Assembly (NCBI GenBank): GCA_963730935.1
Contig: CAVSTP010000004.1
Span: 1,504,001-1,568,000 of the forward strand
Length of the DNA: 64,000 nt
Origin: an uncultured Nitrospiraceae bacterium
GTDB lineage: Bacteria; Nitrospirota; Nitrospiria; Nitrospirales; Nitrospiraceae
Direction of reading: 5' to 3'
The position numbers and the translations under genes were made by a program. The notes below the pieces were generated by a model. It was not told the DNA's origin. It worked only from the letters and a program-made list of their open reading frames with translations, and did no database searches. Positions 19,367 to 31,018 of the stretch are shown here, one piece after another (within the stretch, counting starts at the first letter, position 1; each line of letters starts with the position of its first letter).

Positions 19367-20797
19367 ATGAATCCAGGTGAATTACAAAAACTTCCGTTGT
19401 TCGCCGGGCTCTCGCCCGAAGAAAGTGCTTGCCTCGAACAGGGCGAAGAGATCGCCGTGGCCTCCGGCGAGATCATCGCGAGAGAAGGGGATCCCGCCAC
19501 CTATTTTTACGTGATTCTCGAAGGAGAGATCCGCGTCAGTAAGACCTATGGGAATCAAAAGGTCGTGATGGCCGTCCATACAGCCGGAAAGTTCTTCGGT
19601 GAGGTGCCGTTGCTGCTGGACATGCCCTATTTCGTCGATGGGCAAGCGCGGACGCCATGCCGGCTGTTGCGGTATTCCAAGGACCAGTTCTGGTCCCTGA
19701 TGAGCATGTGTCCGTCCGCCGCAAAGGAAATCTTGCGAACCATGGCGGCAAGGCTGCGGGGATTGGAGGGATTTTCTCAACGACGCGAAAAACTGGTCTC
19801 GCTCGGCACGATGGCGGCCGGCCTCGCCCATGAGCTGAACAATCCCGCTGCCGCGGCACGCCGCGCGGCCGATGAGTTGCTCACCGTCGCAGGGGGCCTA
19901 CCCCTTCTCGCCTGTCGTCTGAATAAACAACAGCTCTCGACCGCCCAATCCGACACGGTCGCGCAGATCCAGCGTGAGCTTGCTTCCAGACCTCGTCCGA
20001 TGCCCCTCGATCCGCTGACCCGAACCGATCGAGAAGAAGAGATGCTCGCGTGGCTTGAACAGCACCGGATCACCGATGCATGGAAACTCGCCAGCATCCT
20101 GGTGAATGCCGGTCTTGATCGAGGGTGGGTAGAGAGAATTGGCAAGCACTTTCCTCAGGAGGCGCTCGGCGATGTGCTGGGATGGATGACAGGTACCCTG
20201 TCGTTACAGGAGCTGACCCGACAGGTTGAACGGAGCACCGGCCGCATTGCGGAATTGGTCACCGCGGTGAAGTCCTATTCGTACGAGGGCCGCGCACCGG
20301 TACAGGAGATCGACATCCACGAAGGCCTCGAGAGCACGCTCACCATGCTGTCTCATAAACTCAAAGGGGTCACGCTGATCCGCGACTATGATCGGTCGCT
20401 CCCGCTGATTCCCGCCTACGGTACGGAGCTCAATCAGGTATGGACAAATCTTATCGATAATGCGATCGATGCCGTGAACGGACAGGGAGAGGTCCGAATC
20501 CGCACGCGGCGTGAGGATGACCAACTTGTCGTGGAGATCCACGATAACGGACCGGGCATCCCGGAAGACGTTCGCGCCCACCTCTTTGAGCCGTTTTTTA
20601 CCACCAAGGGGGTTGGAAAGGGGACGGGACTCGGGTTGATCATCAGCTATCGCATCGTGGGTGATCGCCACCACGGAGAGCTGGAGTTTGAATCGCAGCC
20701 CGGACACACCGTGTTCCTTGCCCACTTGCCGATGACGCGCAAAGCGCTGGAGCCGTCGGCCATGGCCAACGAACCGCCCGAAGAGACTGTCCTGTGA
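19367..20797 (+). CDS. Cytoplasmic histidine kinase with N-terminal cNMP-binding domain
   Basis: cNMP fold (FFGEVPLL), H-box AHELNNP, NLIDNAIDA, DNGPGIP and FFTTKGVGKGTGLGL. Confidence 0.92.
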   Translation: MNPGELQKLPLFAGLSPEESACLEQGEEIAVASGEIIAREGDPATYFYVILEGEIRVSKTYGNQKVVMAVHTAGKFFGEVPLLLDMPYFVDGQARTPCRLLRYSKDQFWSLMSMCPSAAKEILRTMAARLRGLEGFSQRREKLVSLGTMAAGLAHELNNPAAAARRAADELLTVAGGLPLLACRLNKQQLSTAQSDTVAQIQRELASRPRPMPLDPLTRTDREEEMLAWLEQHRITDAWKLASILVNAGLDRGWVERIGKHFPQEALGDVLGWMTGTLSLQELTRQVERSTGRIAELVTAVKSYSYEGRAPVQEIDIHEGLESTLTMLSHKLKGVTLIRDYDRSLPLIPAYGTELNQVWTNLIDNAIDAVNGQGEVRIRTRREDDQLVVEIHDNGPGIPEDVRAHLFEPFFTTKGVGKGTGLGLIISYRIVGDRHHGELEFESQPGHTVFLAHLPMTRKALEPSAMANEPPEETVL

Positions 20798-22452
20798 AAC
20801 CCTTTCTAGTCACAGTGGATGACGATCCGGAAGTGTCGCGCGCCGTCGAGCGGGATCTCCGTCGCAAATATGGAGGAGAGTACCGGATACTCAGGGCGGA
20901 GTCTGGGTCAGAGGCGCTCACCTCGCTGGAGCAGCTCAAGCTGCGGAATGATACGGTCGCCCTGTTCTTGGCGGACCAGCGGATGCCCCAGATGACCGGC
21001 GTGGAATTTTTAGAACGGGCCATTGGCCTCTATCCCGAAGCGAAACGAGCCTTACTGACGGCGTATGCCGATACGGATGCGGCCATCCGCGCCATTAACG
21101 ACGCGCAGGTTGACTACTATTTGTTGAAGCCCTGGCACCCGCCTGAAGAGCGCTTGTACCCGGTCATCGATGACCTCTTAGACGACTGGCATGGCTCCTT
21201 TAAGATGCCGTTTCACGGGATCCGAGTGCTGGGTCACCGCTGGTCGCCCCAGACGCATCAGATCAAAGAATTTCTCGGCCGAAACCAAGTGCCCTATCAA
21301 TGGCTCGACATTGAGAAAGATGCCGAGACGCGTTCCCTGCTCCAGTCTGCGCATGCCACTGAAGAGCAGCTGCCCGTGGTCGTGTTTCCAGACGGCACAT
21401 CCCTGATTCAACCGACCACGTCCCAAGTGGCAGAAAAAGTCGGCTTTCGCATGAAGGCCGAACAGCCGTTCTATGACCTCATCGTCATTGGCGCTGGACC
21501 AGCCGGCTTGGCCGCTGCTGTCTATGGGGGATCTGAAGGGCTCAAGACCGTGTTGATCGAACGTGAAGCACCGGGTGGACAGGCCGGTATGAGCTCCAGG
21601 ATTGAGAACTATCTGGGGTTTCCGGCTGGTCTCAGTGGCCAGGATCTTGCTCGACGTGCCTTGACGCAAGCGCAGCGATTCGGCGTCGAACTCTTGAATC
21701 CTCAGGAGGCCGTCAGTCTTCGCGTGGCGGGCCCCGCGCGCATCGTGACACTGTCAGATGGCAGTGAACTCAGCGGGAAAACGGTGCTCATTACCACGGG
21801 AGTGTCCTATCGGACGCTGAACGTCCCTGGAGTCCAGCCCTTGACCGGCGCGGGGGTCTACTATGGCGCCGGGATGGCCGAGGCTGTCGCGTGCAAGGGC
21901 GAGGATGTCATTGTTGTGGGCGGAGCCAATTCTGCCGGGCAGGCGGCCGTCTATTTTGCGCGGTACGCTCGGCAAGTGACGATGCTCGTTCGCGGCGACT
22001 CCCTCACGCAAACCATGTCGCATTATTTGATCGAGCGTCTCAAACAAACCTCGAATATCGTCGTCGAGACCAGTGTGGAAGTGGCAGAGGCCCACGGCAC
22101 GTCGCGACTGGAGTCGCTGGTGCTCCAAGACACCAAAACGAATCAGCGCCGGACAGTGAGGGCACAGTCGTTGTTTATTCTCATCGGCGCGTTGCCGCAC
22201 ACCGACTGGCTCGGTGAAACCGTCCTTCGGGATGAGCATGGGTTTCTCGTCTCCGGTCCCGATTTACTGCGGGACGGCTGTTTACCGTCAAGCTGGCCGC
22301 TCGCTCGAGCGCCGCACTTGTTCGAAACGAGCGTCCCGGGCGTCTTCGTGGCCGGCGATGCGCGCCATGGCTCGATCAAACGAGTGGCATCCGGCGTCGG
22401 TGAGGGCACGATTGCCGAAAAGATGATCGAACGCTATTTAGACGAGGTGTAG
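20794..22452 (+). CDS. Response-regulator receiver / thioredoxin-reductase-like FAD oxidoreductase fusion
   Basis: REC domain (VDDD, ADQRMP, KPW), then GAGPAG, SRIENYLGFP, GGANSAGQ and ETSVPGVFVAGD. GTGA overlap with the kinase. Confidence 0.92.
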   Translation: MKPFLVTVDDDPEVSRAVERDLRRKYGGEYRILRAESGSEALTSLEQLKLRNDTVALFLADQRMPQMTGVEFLERAIGLYPEAKRALLTAYADTDAAIRAINDAQVDYYLLKPWHPPEERLYPVIDDLLDDWHGSFKMPFHGIRVLGHRWSPQTHQIKEFLGRNQVPYQWLDIEKDAETRSLLQSAHATEEQLPVVVFPDGTSLIQPTTSQVAEKVGFRMKAEQPFYDLIVIGAGPAGLAAAVYGGSEGLKTVLIEREAPGGQAGMSSRIENYLGFPAGLSGQDLARRALTQAQRFGVELLNPQEAVSLRVAGPARIVTLSDGSELSGKTVLITTGVSYRTLNVPGVQPLTGAGVYYGAGMAEAVACKGEDVIVVGGANSAGQAAVYFARYARQVTMLVRGDSLTQTMSHYLIERLKQTSNIVVETSVEVAEAHGTSRLESLVLQDTKTNQRRTVRAQSLFILIGALPHTDWLGETVLRDEHGFLVSGPDLLRDGCLPSSWPLARAPHLFETSVPGVFVAGDARHGSIKRVASGVGEGTIAEKMIERYLDEV

Positions 22453-22463
22453 AAGGAACGACG

Positions 22464-23003
22464 ATGGCCGAGCGACGTGGTCATCCCGAACTCGTGATTA
22501 CCGATCACGATCACGTGCAAGGAGCCCTTGCAGCTCCAGTCACGTTGGTGGAATACGGCGATTTTGAATGCCCCTACTCACGCGAGGCGGTCAAGACGAT
22601 TCAGGTCTTGCAGCGTGAGTTCGGCGCTGAGCTTCGATTTGTGTTCCGTCATTTTCCTCTCGCAGACAAACATCCACATGCCATACAGGCGTCGGAAGCG
22701 TCCGAAGCAGCCGCCGCACAGGGAGATTTTTGGACGATGTATATCATGTTGTTTGCTCACCAATGGGAACTTGATCACAGCAATCTGATGGACTATGCGG
22801 GGCGGCTTGAGCTGGATAAGGCGACTTTCGGCGAGGCGCTCAAGACGCACAAGTATTTCGATCGCGTCAGAGCCGATGTGGCCACAGGCCGTCAACATGG
22901 CGTGACCGGGACGCCGACGTTTTTTGTCAACGGCCACCGGCACGATGGCGATGATGACGTACGTGCATTAACGAGCGCAATTCGGAAAGTGCTCAGTGTG
23001 TAG
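22464..23003 (+). CDS. DsbA-family thioredoxin-fold protein (CPYS)
   Basis: VEYGDFECPYS, FRHFPL and GVTGTPTFFVNG. Confidence 0.88.
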   Translation: MAERRGHPELVITDHDHVQGALAAPVTLVEYGDFECPYSREAVKTIQVLQREFGAELRFVFRHFPLADKHPHAIQASEASEAAAAQGDFWTMYIMLFAHQWELDHSNLMDYAGRLELDKATFGEALKTHKYFDRVRADVATGRQHGVTGTPTFFVNGHRHDGDDDVRALTSAIRKVLSV

Positions 23004-23023
23004 CCGCAAAGACGGATAATGGT

Positions 23024-23998
23024 ATGGAACAGGCGCTGGAGTTTCTTCTCCGTCACATCGAGCTGGTGTTATTCCTGACCGTCCTCGCGGAACAGATCGG
23101 CTTTCCCATTCCGGCGATTCCGGTACTGCTGGCAGCCGGAGCCGTTGCGGGCGATCAACAAGCGAGTCTGATCGTGCTCACCGCGCTCTCCGTCGCCGCA
23201 TGCCTGCTCGGTGACATGGTGTGGTTTGAACTAGGACGTCATCGGGGGCGACAAACACTCACCCTGTTGTGCCGGATTGCTCTGGAGCCAGACGCTTGTG
23301 TCAGACGCACGGAGAATTTCTTTTTGATCCATGGGGTCCGAGCGCTGATTCTCGCCAAGTTCATCCCCGGGTTGAGCACACTCGCACCGGCACTAGCTGG
23401 TCTCTTCAAAATCTCGATCGGACGATTCTTGCTGTTCAATGGCGCCGGCGCGCTGATTTGGAGCTTTTCCTTTCTGTTGCTCGGCTATGTGTTCAGCGAT
23501 CAGATCAGTTATGTGGCCGAACTGGCAATGCATTTCGGGAAGACGGCGACGGCGGTCATCGCCATGGGGCTGGTTGGATATGTGCTCTATAAATATGTGC
23601 ACAGGCAAAAACTTTTGAGAGAGCTTCGCGTGGCTCGGATCAGCCCGAGCGAGCTCAAGCAACTGATGGACGATGGCCATCAATCAGTTGTGGTCGATTT
23701 GCGCGGCACATTGGACCATGTCGCCGACCCTTATACGATCCCAGGCGCTCTGCGTATCTCCGCCGAAGAACTCGAGCAACGCCATCACGATATTCCCAGA
23801 GACCGTGACGTCATTTTGTTCTGTGCCTGTCCAAACGAGGCCACCGCGGCGCGGATGGCGTTGATGCTGAAACGGAGAGGGATTACCCGTGTCCGACCGC
23901 TTGCCGGCGGCATCGACGCGTGGCGTGAACTGGCCTATCCGCTAGAACTGGTGGTCTCAAAAGAAGCTGCCGTCGTGGCTGCCGAGCTACAGACGTGA
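23024..23998 (+). CDS. DedA/VTT membrane domain fused to a rhodanese domain
   Basis: EQIGFPIP and AKFIPG DedA motifs; IPGA...FCACPNE...LAGGIDAW rhodanese. Confidence 0.9.
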   Translation: MEQALEFLLRHIELVLFLTVLAEQIGFPIPAIPVLLAAGAVAGDQQASLIVLTALSVAACLLGDMVWFELGRHRGRQTLTLLCRIALEPDACVRRTENFFLIHGVRALILAKFIPGLSTLAPALAGLFKISIGRFLLFNGAGALIWSFSFLLLGYVFSDQISYVAELAMHFGKTATAVIAMGLVGYVLYKYVHRQKLLRELRVARISPSELKQLMDDGHQSVVVDLRGTLDHVADPYTIPGALRISAEELEQRHHDIPRDRDVILFCACPNEATAARMALMLKRRGITRVRPLAGGIDAWRELAYPLELVVSKEAAVVAAELQT

Positions 23999-24052
23999 GA
24001 CATGAGGTCGCGGGGTGGCGTGCATGATCCGCTGTAGCGGTCCCGTCTAATG

Positions 24053-24440
24053 GTCCTCCCAAGCTCGCTCGTTTCCGTAGGGTGAGATCAGCTTCGAAGA
24101 AAAGAAGGGATCGGCGCAGACCAAACCATTCTTACCTATTGAGGAAGGTGGTGGACTAGTTGCGACCTGCGAGGGATGCATGGCCTGTCGGTGCGGTCGC
24201 CATTCTCACCCGCCCAACCCTGGGCGCGCCAAGACGCGCCCTTTTCCCAGGCGGCGATGGCGAGACGCCTTGTTCGAAGGTCCGTTCCAATGATCCTTCC
24301 CAGCTTGCTTGTACGACTTTCCTCAGGGTGGGCTAGGTTGCTTCCAACTGCGCGCTTCGACGAGCACCGCCTATCTAAAAATACGATTGGTCTGGTGTGC
24401 GCGTTGGGCGAGCAAGGAAGCTGCCTAGCCTACCCATTCA
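24053..24440 (+). repeat. Mosaic intergenic repeat region (degenerate family A plus motif C copies)
   Basis: TGCGACCTGCGAGGG and GGCGATGGCGAGACGC...CGAAGGTCCGTTC match family A; motif C-like sequences at ~24055-24072 and ~24295-24312. Confidence 0.65.
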
Positions 24441-24589
24441 TTATTTGCGGAGCCAAGCAGCAACAGGCGCATGCGGTTTCCCCCGAACTGGGAGCAATAG
24501 GTCACCACCTTCCGATCCGCTTGGCTCCGTTTATTTTGTTTTGCGCTCGCCCTCTGCACTGAGTAAGATGGACCTAACACGAGGGCGGC

Positions 24590-27271
24590 ATGAGCGACGA
24601 CGAAACTCCTCGACCCCAGTCCGATTCCGATCCCGAAGAAACCCGCGAGTGGCTGGATTCCCTTGAGTACGTGCTCAAGGCGAAGGGCGCCGACCGGGCC
24701 ACCTATCTCTTTGAGCGTCTCCGCGAGCGGCTCGGCGCCAGCGGCGCCCAGGTCTCCGCTCCATTCAATACGCCGTATATCAACACCATCCCGGCCGCCC
24801 AGGAGCCGCCCTACCCCGGGAATCTGGAAATCGAACGGCGCATCCGGAGCCTCATCCGCTGGAACGCGATGGCGATGGTGGTCAAGGCCAACAAGCAGCA
24901 CCCTGGCATCGGCGGCCATATTTCGACCTTCGCCTCGGCGGCCACCCTCTATGAAGTCGCATTCCACCACTTTCTTCACGGCAAGGACGCCCCGCAGGGC
25001 GGCGATCAGGTTTATTTCCAGGGCCATGGGGCGCCGGGGGTCTATGCGCGCGGGTACGTCGAAGGCCGCCTCCCTGAGGAAGCGCTGCATCACTTCCGCC
25101 GCGAAGTGAGCGGTGAACAAGGCCTATCCTCCTATCCCCACCCCTGGCTCCTCCCCGATTATTGGGAATTTCCCACCGTGTCGATGGGACTCGCCCCCAT
25201 CATGTCGATCTACCAGGCGCGTTTTAACCGCTATCTCCACGACCGCGGGCTCAAAGATACGAGCGCGCAGCGGGTGTGGGCCTTCGTCGGAGACGGCGAA
25301 ACCGACGAGCCGGAAAGTCTCGGCGCGATTACGCTGGCCTCCCGCGAGCGGCTGGACAATTTGATCTGGGTCGTGAACTGCAACCTCCAACGCCTCGATG
25401 GACCGGTCCGCGGGAACGGCAAAATCATTCAGGAGCTGGAAGCCATCTTCCGCGGGGCCGGTTGGAACGTGATCAAGGTGATCTGGGGCAGGCACTGGGA
25501 TCCGTTGCTGGCGCAGGACGACGAAGGCCTGCTGGTGAAGCGGATGGGCGAGGTGGTGGACGGCTGGTATCAGAAGTACACGGTGGAAGGCGGCGCGTTC
25601 GCGCGAACCCACTTCTTCGGCGCCGATCCGCGCCTGCTGAAGCTGGTTGAGACCTATTCGGACGAGCAGATCCACAAGATGCTGCGCGGGGGCCATGACC
25701 CGCGCAAAGTCTATGCGGCCTACAAAGCTGCAATAGAGCACAAGGGCCAGCCCACCGTGATCCTGGCAAAAACCATCAAAGGCTACGGCTTGGGAGAAGC
25801 GGGCGAAGGGCGCAACGTCACCCATCAGCAAAAAAAGATGAACGAGCACGAGCTGCGAGAGTTCCGCACGCGGTTCGGCGTTCCGGTGTCGGACGATCAG
25901 CTCGGCTCCACGCCGTTCTTCCGCCCTCCGACCGGCAGTCCGGAGGCTGCCTACCTCGTCGAGCGACGCAAAGCCATGGGCGGTCCGCTTCCGGAACGGC
26001 GGGTGAAGGTCGAGTCGCTCGAAACGCCGGCGCTCGAGGCGTTCAAGGAATTCATCGAGGGCTCGGGAGATCGCGCGGTCTCCACTACGATGGGATTCGC
26101 GCGCATGCTGGGACGCCTGCTCGCCATGAAAGATTTCGGGAAGCATCTCGTCCCGATCATCCCCGACGAAGCGCGGACGTTCGGCCTCGAGGCGCTCTTC
26201 CGCCAGTATGGGATTTATTCGCACATCGGCCAGCTCTATGAACCGGTCGACAAAAGTTCGCTGCTCTATTACTTCGAAGCGAAAAACGGCCAGATCCTGG
26301 AGGAAGGCATCACCGAAGCGGGCGCGCTGTCGTCGTTCATTGCCGCTGGATCGGCCTATGCGACGCACGCGCTCAACACGATCCCCTTCTACATTTTTTA
26401 CTCGATGTTCGGGTTTCAGCGCGTCGGCGATCTGATCTGGGCCGCCTCCGACATGCGAGCCCGCGGCTTTCTCTTGGGGGCGACGGCCGGGCGGACGACC
26501 TTGGAAGGCGAAGGCCTGCAGCACCAGGACGGGCACAGTCATCTGCTGGCGAGCGCCTTTCCCACCATAGTCGCCTACGATCCGGCCTTTATGTTCGAGC
26601 TTGCGGTCATTCTGCAGGACGGGCTGAAGCGCATGTATCAGGATCAAGAAGAGCTGTCCTATTACATCACGCTCTACAACGAGTCTTATCCAATGCCCCC
26701 GATGCCGGCGAATGCGGAAGAAGGGATCCGCGAAGGGATGTACCGCTTCCGGCCTGCGCCGGAAAAGGGCAAGCACCGCGCGCATCTCCTGGCGAGCGGC
26801 CCGCTCGTCAATGAGGCGCTCAAGGCGCAGGAGCTGCTGCTGCAGCGCTACGGCGTGGCGGCGGACGTGTGGAGCGTGACGAGTTACAAAACGCTGCGGG
26901 TCAAGACGCTCGAGGCCGAGCGCTGGAACCTGTGGCATCCGGATGAGCCGCCGCGCGTCAGCTATCTCCAGAAGATCGTGCAGCGGTTCGACGGCCCCTG
27001 CGTGGCGGTGAGCGATTATGTCCGGTTGGTCAGCCAGCAAATCAGTCCGTGGATACCGGGCGGCTTGCTGGCACTAGGAACCGATGGATTCGGCCGGAGC
27101 GATACACGCAAGGCGCTGCGCCGGTTCTTCGAAATCGATGCCGAGCATTTGGCCGTTGCGACGTTGTACGCGTTGCATCAGCAGGGCGCGAAGATCACGG
27201 CAAAGACCGTGCGGCAGGCTGCGCAGGATCTGGGCTTGGCGCCGGACGACATGGCGCCCTGGCAGCGATAG
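24590..27271 (+). CDS. aceE: Pyruvate dehydrogenase E1, homodimeric type
   Basis: DPEETREWL, GLSSYPHPW, GDGETDEPES...NCNLQRLDG and EGLQHQDG. Confidence 0.96.
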   Translation: MSDDETPRPQSDSDPEETREWLDSLEYVLKAKGADRATYLFERLRERLGASGAQVSAPFNTPYINTIPAAQEPPYPGNLEIERRIRSLIRWNAMAMVVKANKQHPGIGGHISTFASAATLYEVAFHHFLHGKDAPQGGDQVYFQGHGAPGVYARGYVEGRLPEEALHHFRREVSGEQGLSSYPHPWLLPDYWEFPTVSMGLAPIMSIYQARFNRYLHDRGLKDTSAQRVWAFVGDGETDEPESLGAITLASRERLDNLIWVVNCNLQRLDGPVRGNGKIIQELEAIFRGAGWNVIKVIWGRHWDPLLAQDDEGLLVKRMGEVVDGWYQKYTVEGGAFARTHFFGADPRLLKLVETYSDEQIHKMLRGGHDPRKVYAAYKAAIEHKGQPTVILAKTIKGYGLGEAGEGRNVTHQQKKMNEHELREFRTRFGVPVSDDQLGSTPFFRPPTGSPEAAYLVERRKAMGGPLPERRVKVESLETPALEAFKEFIEGSGDRAVSTTMGFARMLGRLLAMKDFGKHLVPIIPDEARTFGLEALFRQYGIYSHIGQLYEPVDKSSLLYYFEAKNGQILEEGITEAGALSSFIAAGSAYATHALNTIPFYIFYSMFGFQRVGDLIWAASDMRARGFLLGATAGRTTLEGEGLQHQDGHSHLLASAFPTIVAYDPAFMFELAVILQDGLKRMYQDQEELSYYITLYNESYPMPPMPANAEEGIREGMYRFRPAPEKGKHRAHLLASGPLVNEALKAQELLLQRYGVAADVWSVTSYKTLRVKTLEAERWNLWHPDEPPRVSYLQKIVQRFDGPCVAVSDYVRLVSQQISPWIPGGLLALGTDGFGRSDTRKALRRFFEIDAEHLAVATLYALHQQGAKITAKTVRQAAQDLGLAPDDMAPWQR

Positions 27272-27322
27272 CACGGCTGTTGATTAGGACCGCTCCGCGA
27301 ACTTCTCGAAGGATGAATAGCC

Positions 27323-28789
<1,467 letters not shown>

Positions 28790-28804
28790 CTGAGCAAGTC
28801 ATCT

Positions 28805-30220
28805 ATGGCGGATTCGCGCTACGACGTGGCGGTGATCGGCGGAGGGCCGGGCGGGTATGCCGCGGCCTTCCAGGCAGCGGATCTCGGCTTGCGCACCGCC
28901 TTGATCGATCAGGACGCGCAACTGGGCGGCGTCTGTCTCCTGCGCGGCTGTATTCCTTCGAAGGCCTTGCTGCATGCGGCCCGCCTGATCACCGACGCGG
29001 AAGATGCGCAGGGCTGGGGCATTCAATTTGAGAAGCCGAAAGTCGATCTCGAGGCGTTGCGCCGCCGGACGCAAGCGATCATTGGCAAGCTGACCAAAGG
29101 CGTTCAGACCCTGGCGGCCAGCCGCAAGGTGGACGTGATCAAAGCGCGCGCGACGTTTAAGAATGCTGCGACGCTCGCGCTGTCGGGTGACGGACCGCGT
29201 GAAATTTCATTCGCCCATGCGATCCTTGCCACCGGCTCGCGGCCGGCGATGCCTCCCTCGCTCAAGGTCGACGACCCTCGCGTGATGGATTCGACGAGCG
29301 CGCTGGACTTGCCGCAGATTCCTGGACGCCTGCTGGTCGTCGGCGGCGGCTACATCGGCCTGGAATTGGGCACCGTGTATCAGGCGCTCGGCTCCGAGGT
29401 GACGCTGGTCGAAGCCCTGCCGCATTTGCTCAACGGTGCGGACCCCGATCTCGTGCGACCGCTGCAACTGCGCATGCAGCGGCGGTTCAAGGCCATCAAA
29501 CTCACCACAAAAGTCGAAAAACTCGAGCCCCGCAAGGACGGCATCGCCGTGACCTGCACGGGGCCTGACGGCACTACCAAGGACGTGTTCGACCGCGTGC
29601 TCATCGCCGTCGGACGGAAGCCCAACACAGAGCAGTTGGGGCTGGAACAGACGAAGATTGGAGTATCCAAGCAGGGTTTCATCCAGGTCGATCGGCAGAT
29701 GCGGACGGCCGAACCGAGCATCTTCGCGATCGGTGATGTGGTTGGCGAGCCGATGCTCGCGCATAAAGCCTCGCATGAAGGCCTGATCGCCGCGCGAGTG
29801 ATCGCCGGTCAACAAGCGGCGTTCGATGCGACGATTCCAGCCGTCATCTTTACCGATCCTGAGATAGCTTGGTGCGGACTCACGGAAGAGGCGGCCAAAG
29901 CCTCCGGGCAAGCCGTGACGATCGTGCGGTTCCCGTGGGCAGCCTCAGGCCGCGCCACCACGTTGGGACGCAACGACGGCTTGACGAAATTGGTGCTGGA
30001 TGCGGAATCGGGCCGTGTGCTCGGTGTGGGGATCTGCGGTGCCGGCGCTGGCGAGCTGATCGCAGAAGGCGTGCTGGCGGTTGAACTGGGCGCAGTTGCC
30101 GAAGACGTCGCCGCGTCGATTCACCCCCACCCGACCTTGAGCGAGACGGTCATGGAAGCGGCCGAAGCGTTCCACGGCCAGCCTACCCATCTCTACCTCT
30201 CGAAGACCTCAAAGCGGTAA
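28805..30220 (+). CDS. lpdA: Dihydrolipoamide dehydrogenase E3
   Basis: GGGPGG, GGVCLLRGCIPSK and HPHPTLSE. Confidence 0.96.
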   Translation: MADSRYDVAVIGGGPGGYAAAFQAADLGLRTALIDQDAQLGGVCLLRGCIPSKALLHAARLITDAEDAQGWGIQFEKPKVDLEALRRRTQAIIGKLTKGVQTLAASRKVDVIKARATFKNAATLALSGDGPREISFAHAILATGSRPAMPPSLKVDDPRVMDSTSALDLPQIPGRLLVVGGGYIGLELGTVYQALGSEVTLVEALPHLLNGADPDLVRPLQLRMQRRFKAIKLTTKVEKLEPRKDGIAVTCTGPDGTTKDVFDRVLIAVGRKPNTEQLGLEQTKIGVSKQGFIQVDRQMRTAEPSIFAIGDVVGEPMLAHKASHEGLIAARVIAGQQAAFDATIPAVIFTDPEIAWCGLTEEAAKASGQAVTIVRFPWAASGRATTLGRNDGLTKLVLDAESGRVLGVGICGAGAGELIAEGVLAVELGAVAEDVAASIHPHPTLSETVMEAAEAFHGQPTHLYLSKTSKR

Positions 30221-30224
30221 CGCC

Positions 30225-30395
30225 GTGCGTGCACTCCGCCTGCTGAATTTGACCCTGCCCTCTCTGGTGGAAAATCTCGCGCTGGACGACGCCTTGATAG
30301 AAGAACTCGATGAGTGCGGCGGCGATCCGGTCCTGCGCTTTCGGGAGAGAACCATACCCGCCGGGTTACGCCGAAACTACCATCTCTGTTGCTGA
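30225..30395 (+). pseudogene. Truncated N-terminal fragment of a lipoate-protein ligase A family gene
   Basis: Manual translation MRALRLLNLTLPSLVENLALDDALIEELDECGGDPVLRFR, then an unrelated tail and stop. Resembles the ENLALDEAL...VLRFW start of LplA-like proteins; directly after lpdA. Confidence 0.7.
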
Positions 30396-30404
30396 GGAGG
30401 AATC

Positions 30405-30644
30405 ATGAAGAAGCTCGATTCCCGGAGCCGTGTGACGAAGAAACCAGCGGCTGCGTCAAAGGTGAGCGATAACACTGCCGATTTACGTCAGCAGTTGGAG
30501 GATTTGTCCGAGAAGATCGACCTCGTCCTGCCGGAAGTCACGGCTCGTGTCGCCGCGCTGGAGCATCTCCTCCGTGAAAAACAGCTCGTCACCAGGCAAG
30601 ATCTAGTTTCGGCGAGAAGCTTCGTCCGTCTGCAAGAAGAATAA
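30405..30644 (+). CDS. Small hypothetical coiled-coil protein
   Basis: GAGGAGG RBS and heptad pattern. Confidence 0.6.
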   Translation: MKKLDSRSRVTKKPAAASKVSDNTADLRQQLEDLSEKIDLVLPEVTARVAALEHLLREKQLVTRQDLVSARSFVRLQEE

Positions 30645-30645
30645 T

Positions 30646-30886
30646 GAGGCACAGGCGGTGTCTCCGTGCTCCCGAGCTTCGGCTCGACAATAGTCTCTCA
30701 TTTGTTCGACGCCGAAACTCGTTCCATTCATCGCTTCGCGTAAATGGAACAGCGGACATCGGCATCGCCAGCCCAGGGCTGGTCGCATCTGATCAACAAG
30801 TGTGGTGCCCGAGCCATCAGCAAAGTCGCAGGCAAGACACCACCTCTGCCTAGTCGGGAAAGAGGACAACGAGCAAGCTCGGAATG
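30646..30886. repeat. Fold-back intergenic element sharing the end of family A and motif C
   Basis: Inverted repeat AGGCACAGGCGGTGTCT / AGACACCACCTCTGCCT. AAGTCGCAGGCAAG...GAGG..AACGAGCAAGCTCGGAA resembles 1969-2026. Confidence 0.55.
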
Positions 30887-31018
30887 AACATTATGATTTT
30901 CTCCCCACGCATCTAAGTTTATGTTTACGTCTTCATCACGGATGTGTCTGGGTTCTCGCGAGATCTCGCACATATCGCCGGAGGATTTTACGGAATCCGC
31001 CGCTGCTGGTGATCATCG

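Noticed and set aside
25124..27040. 638-aa minus-strand ORF
   Set aside because: Antisense shadow of aceE.
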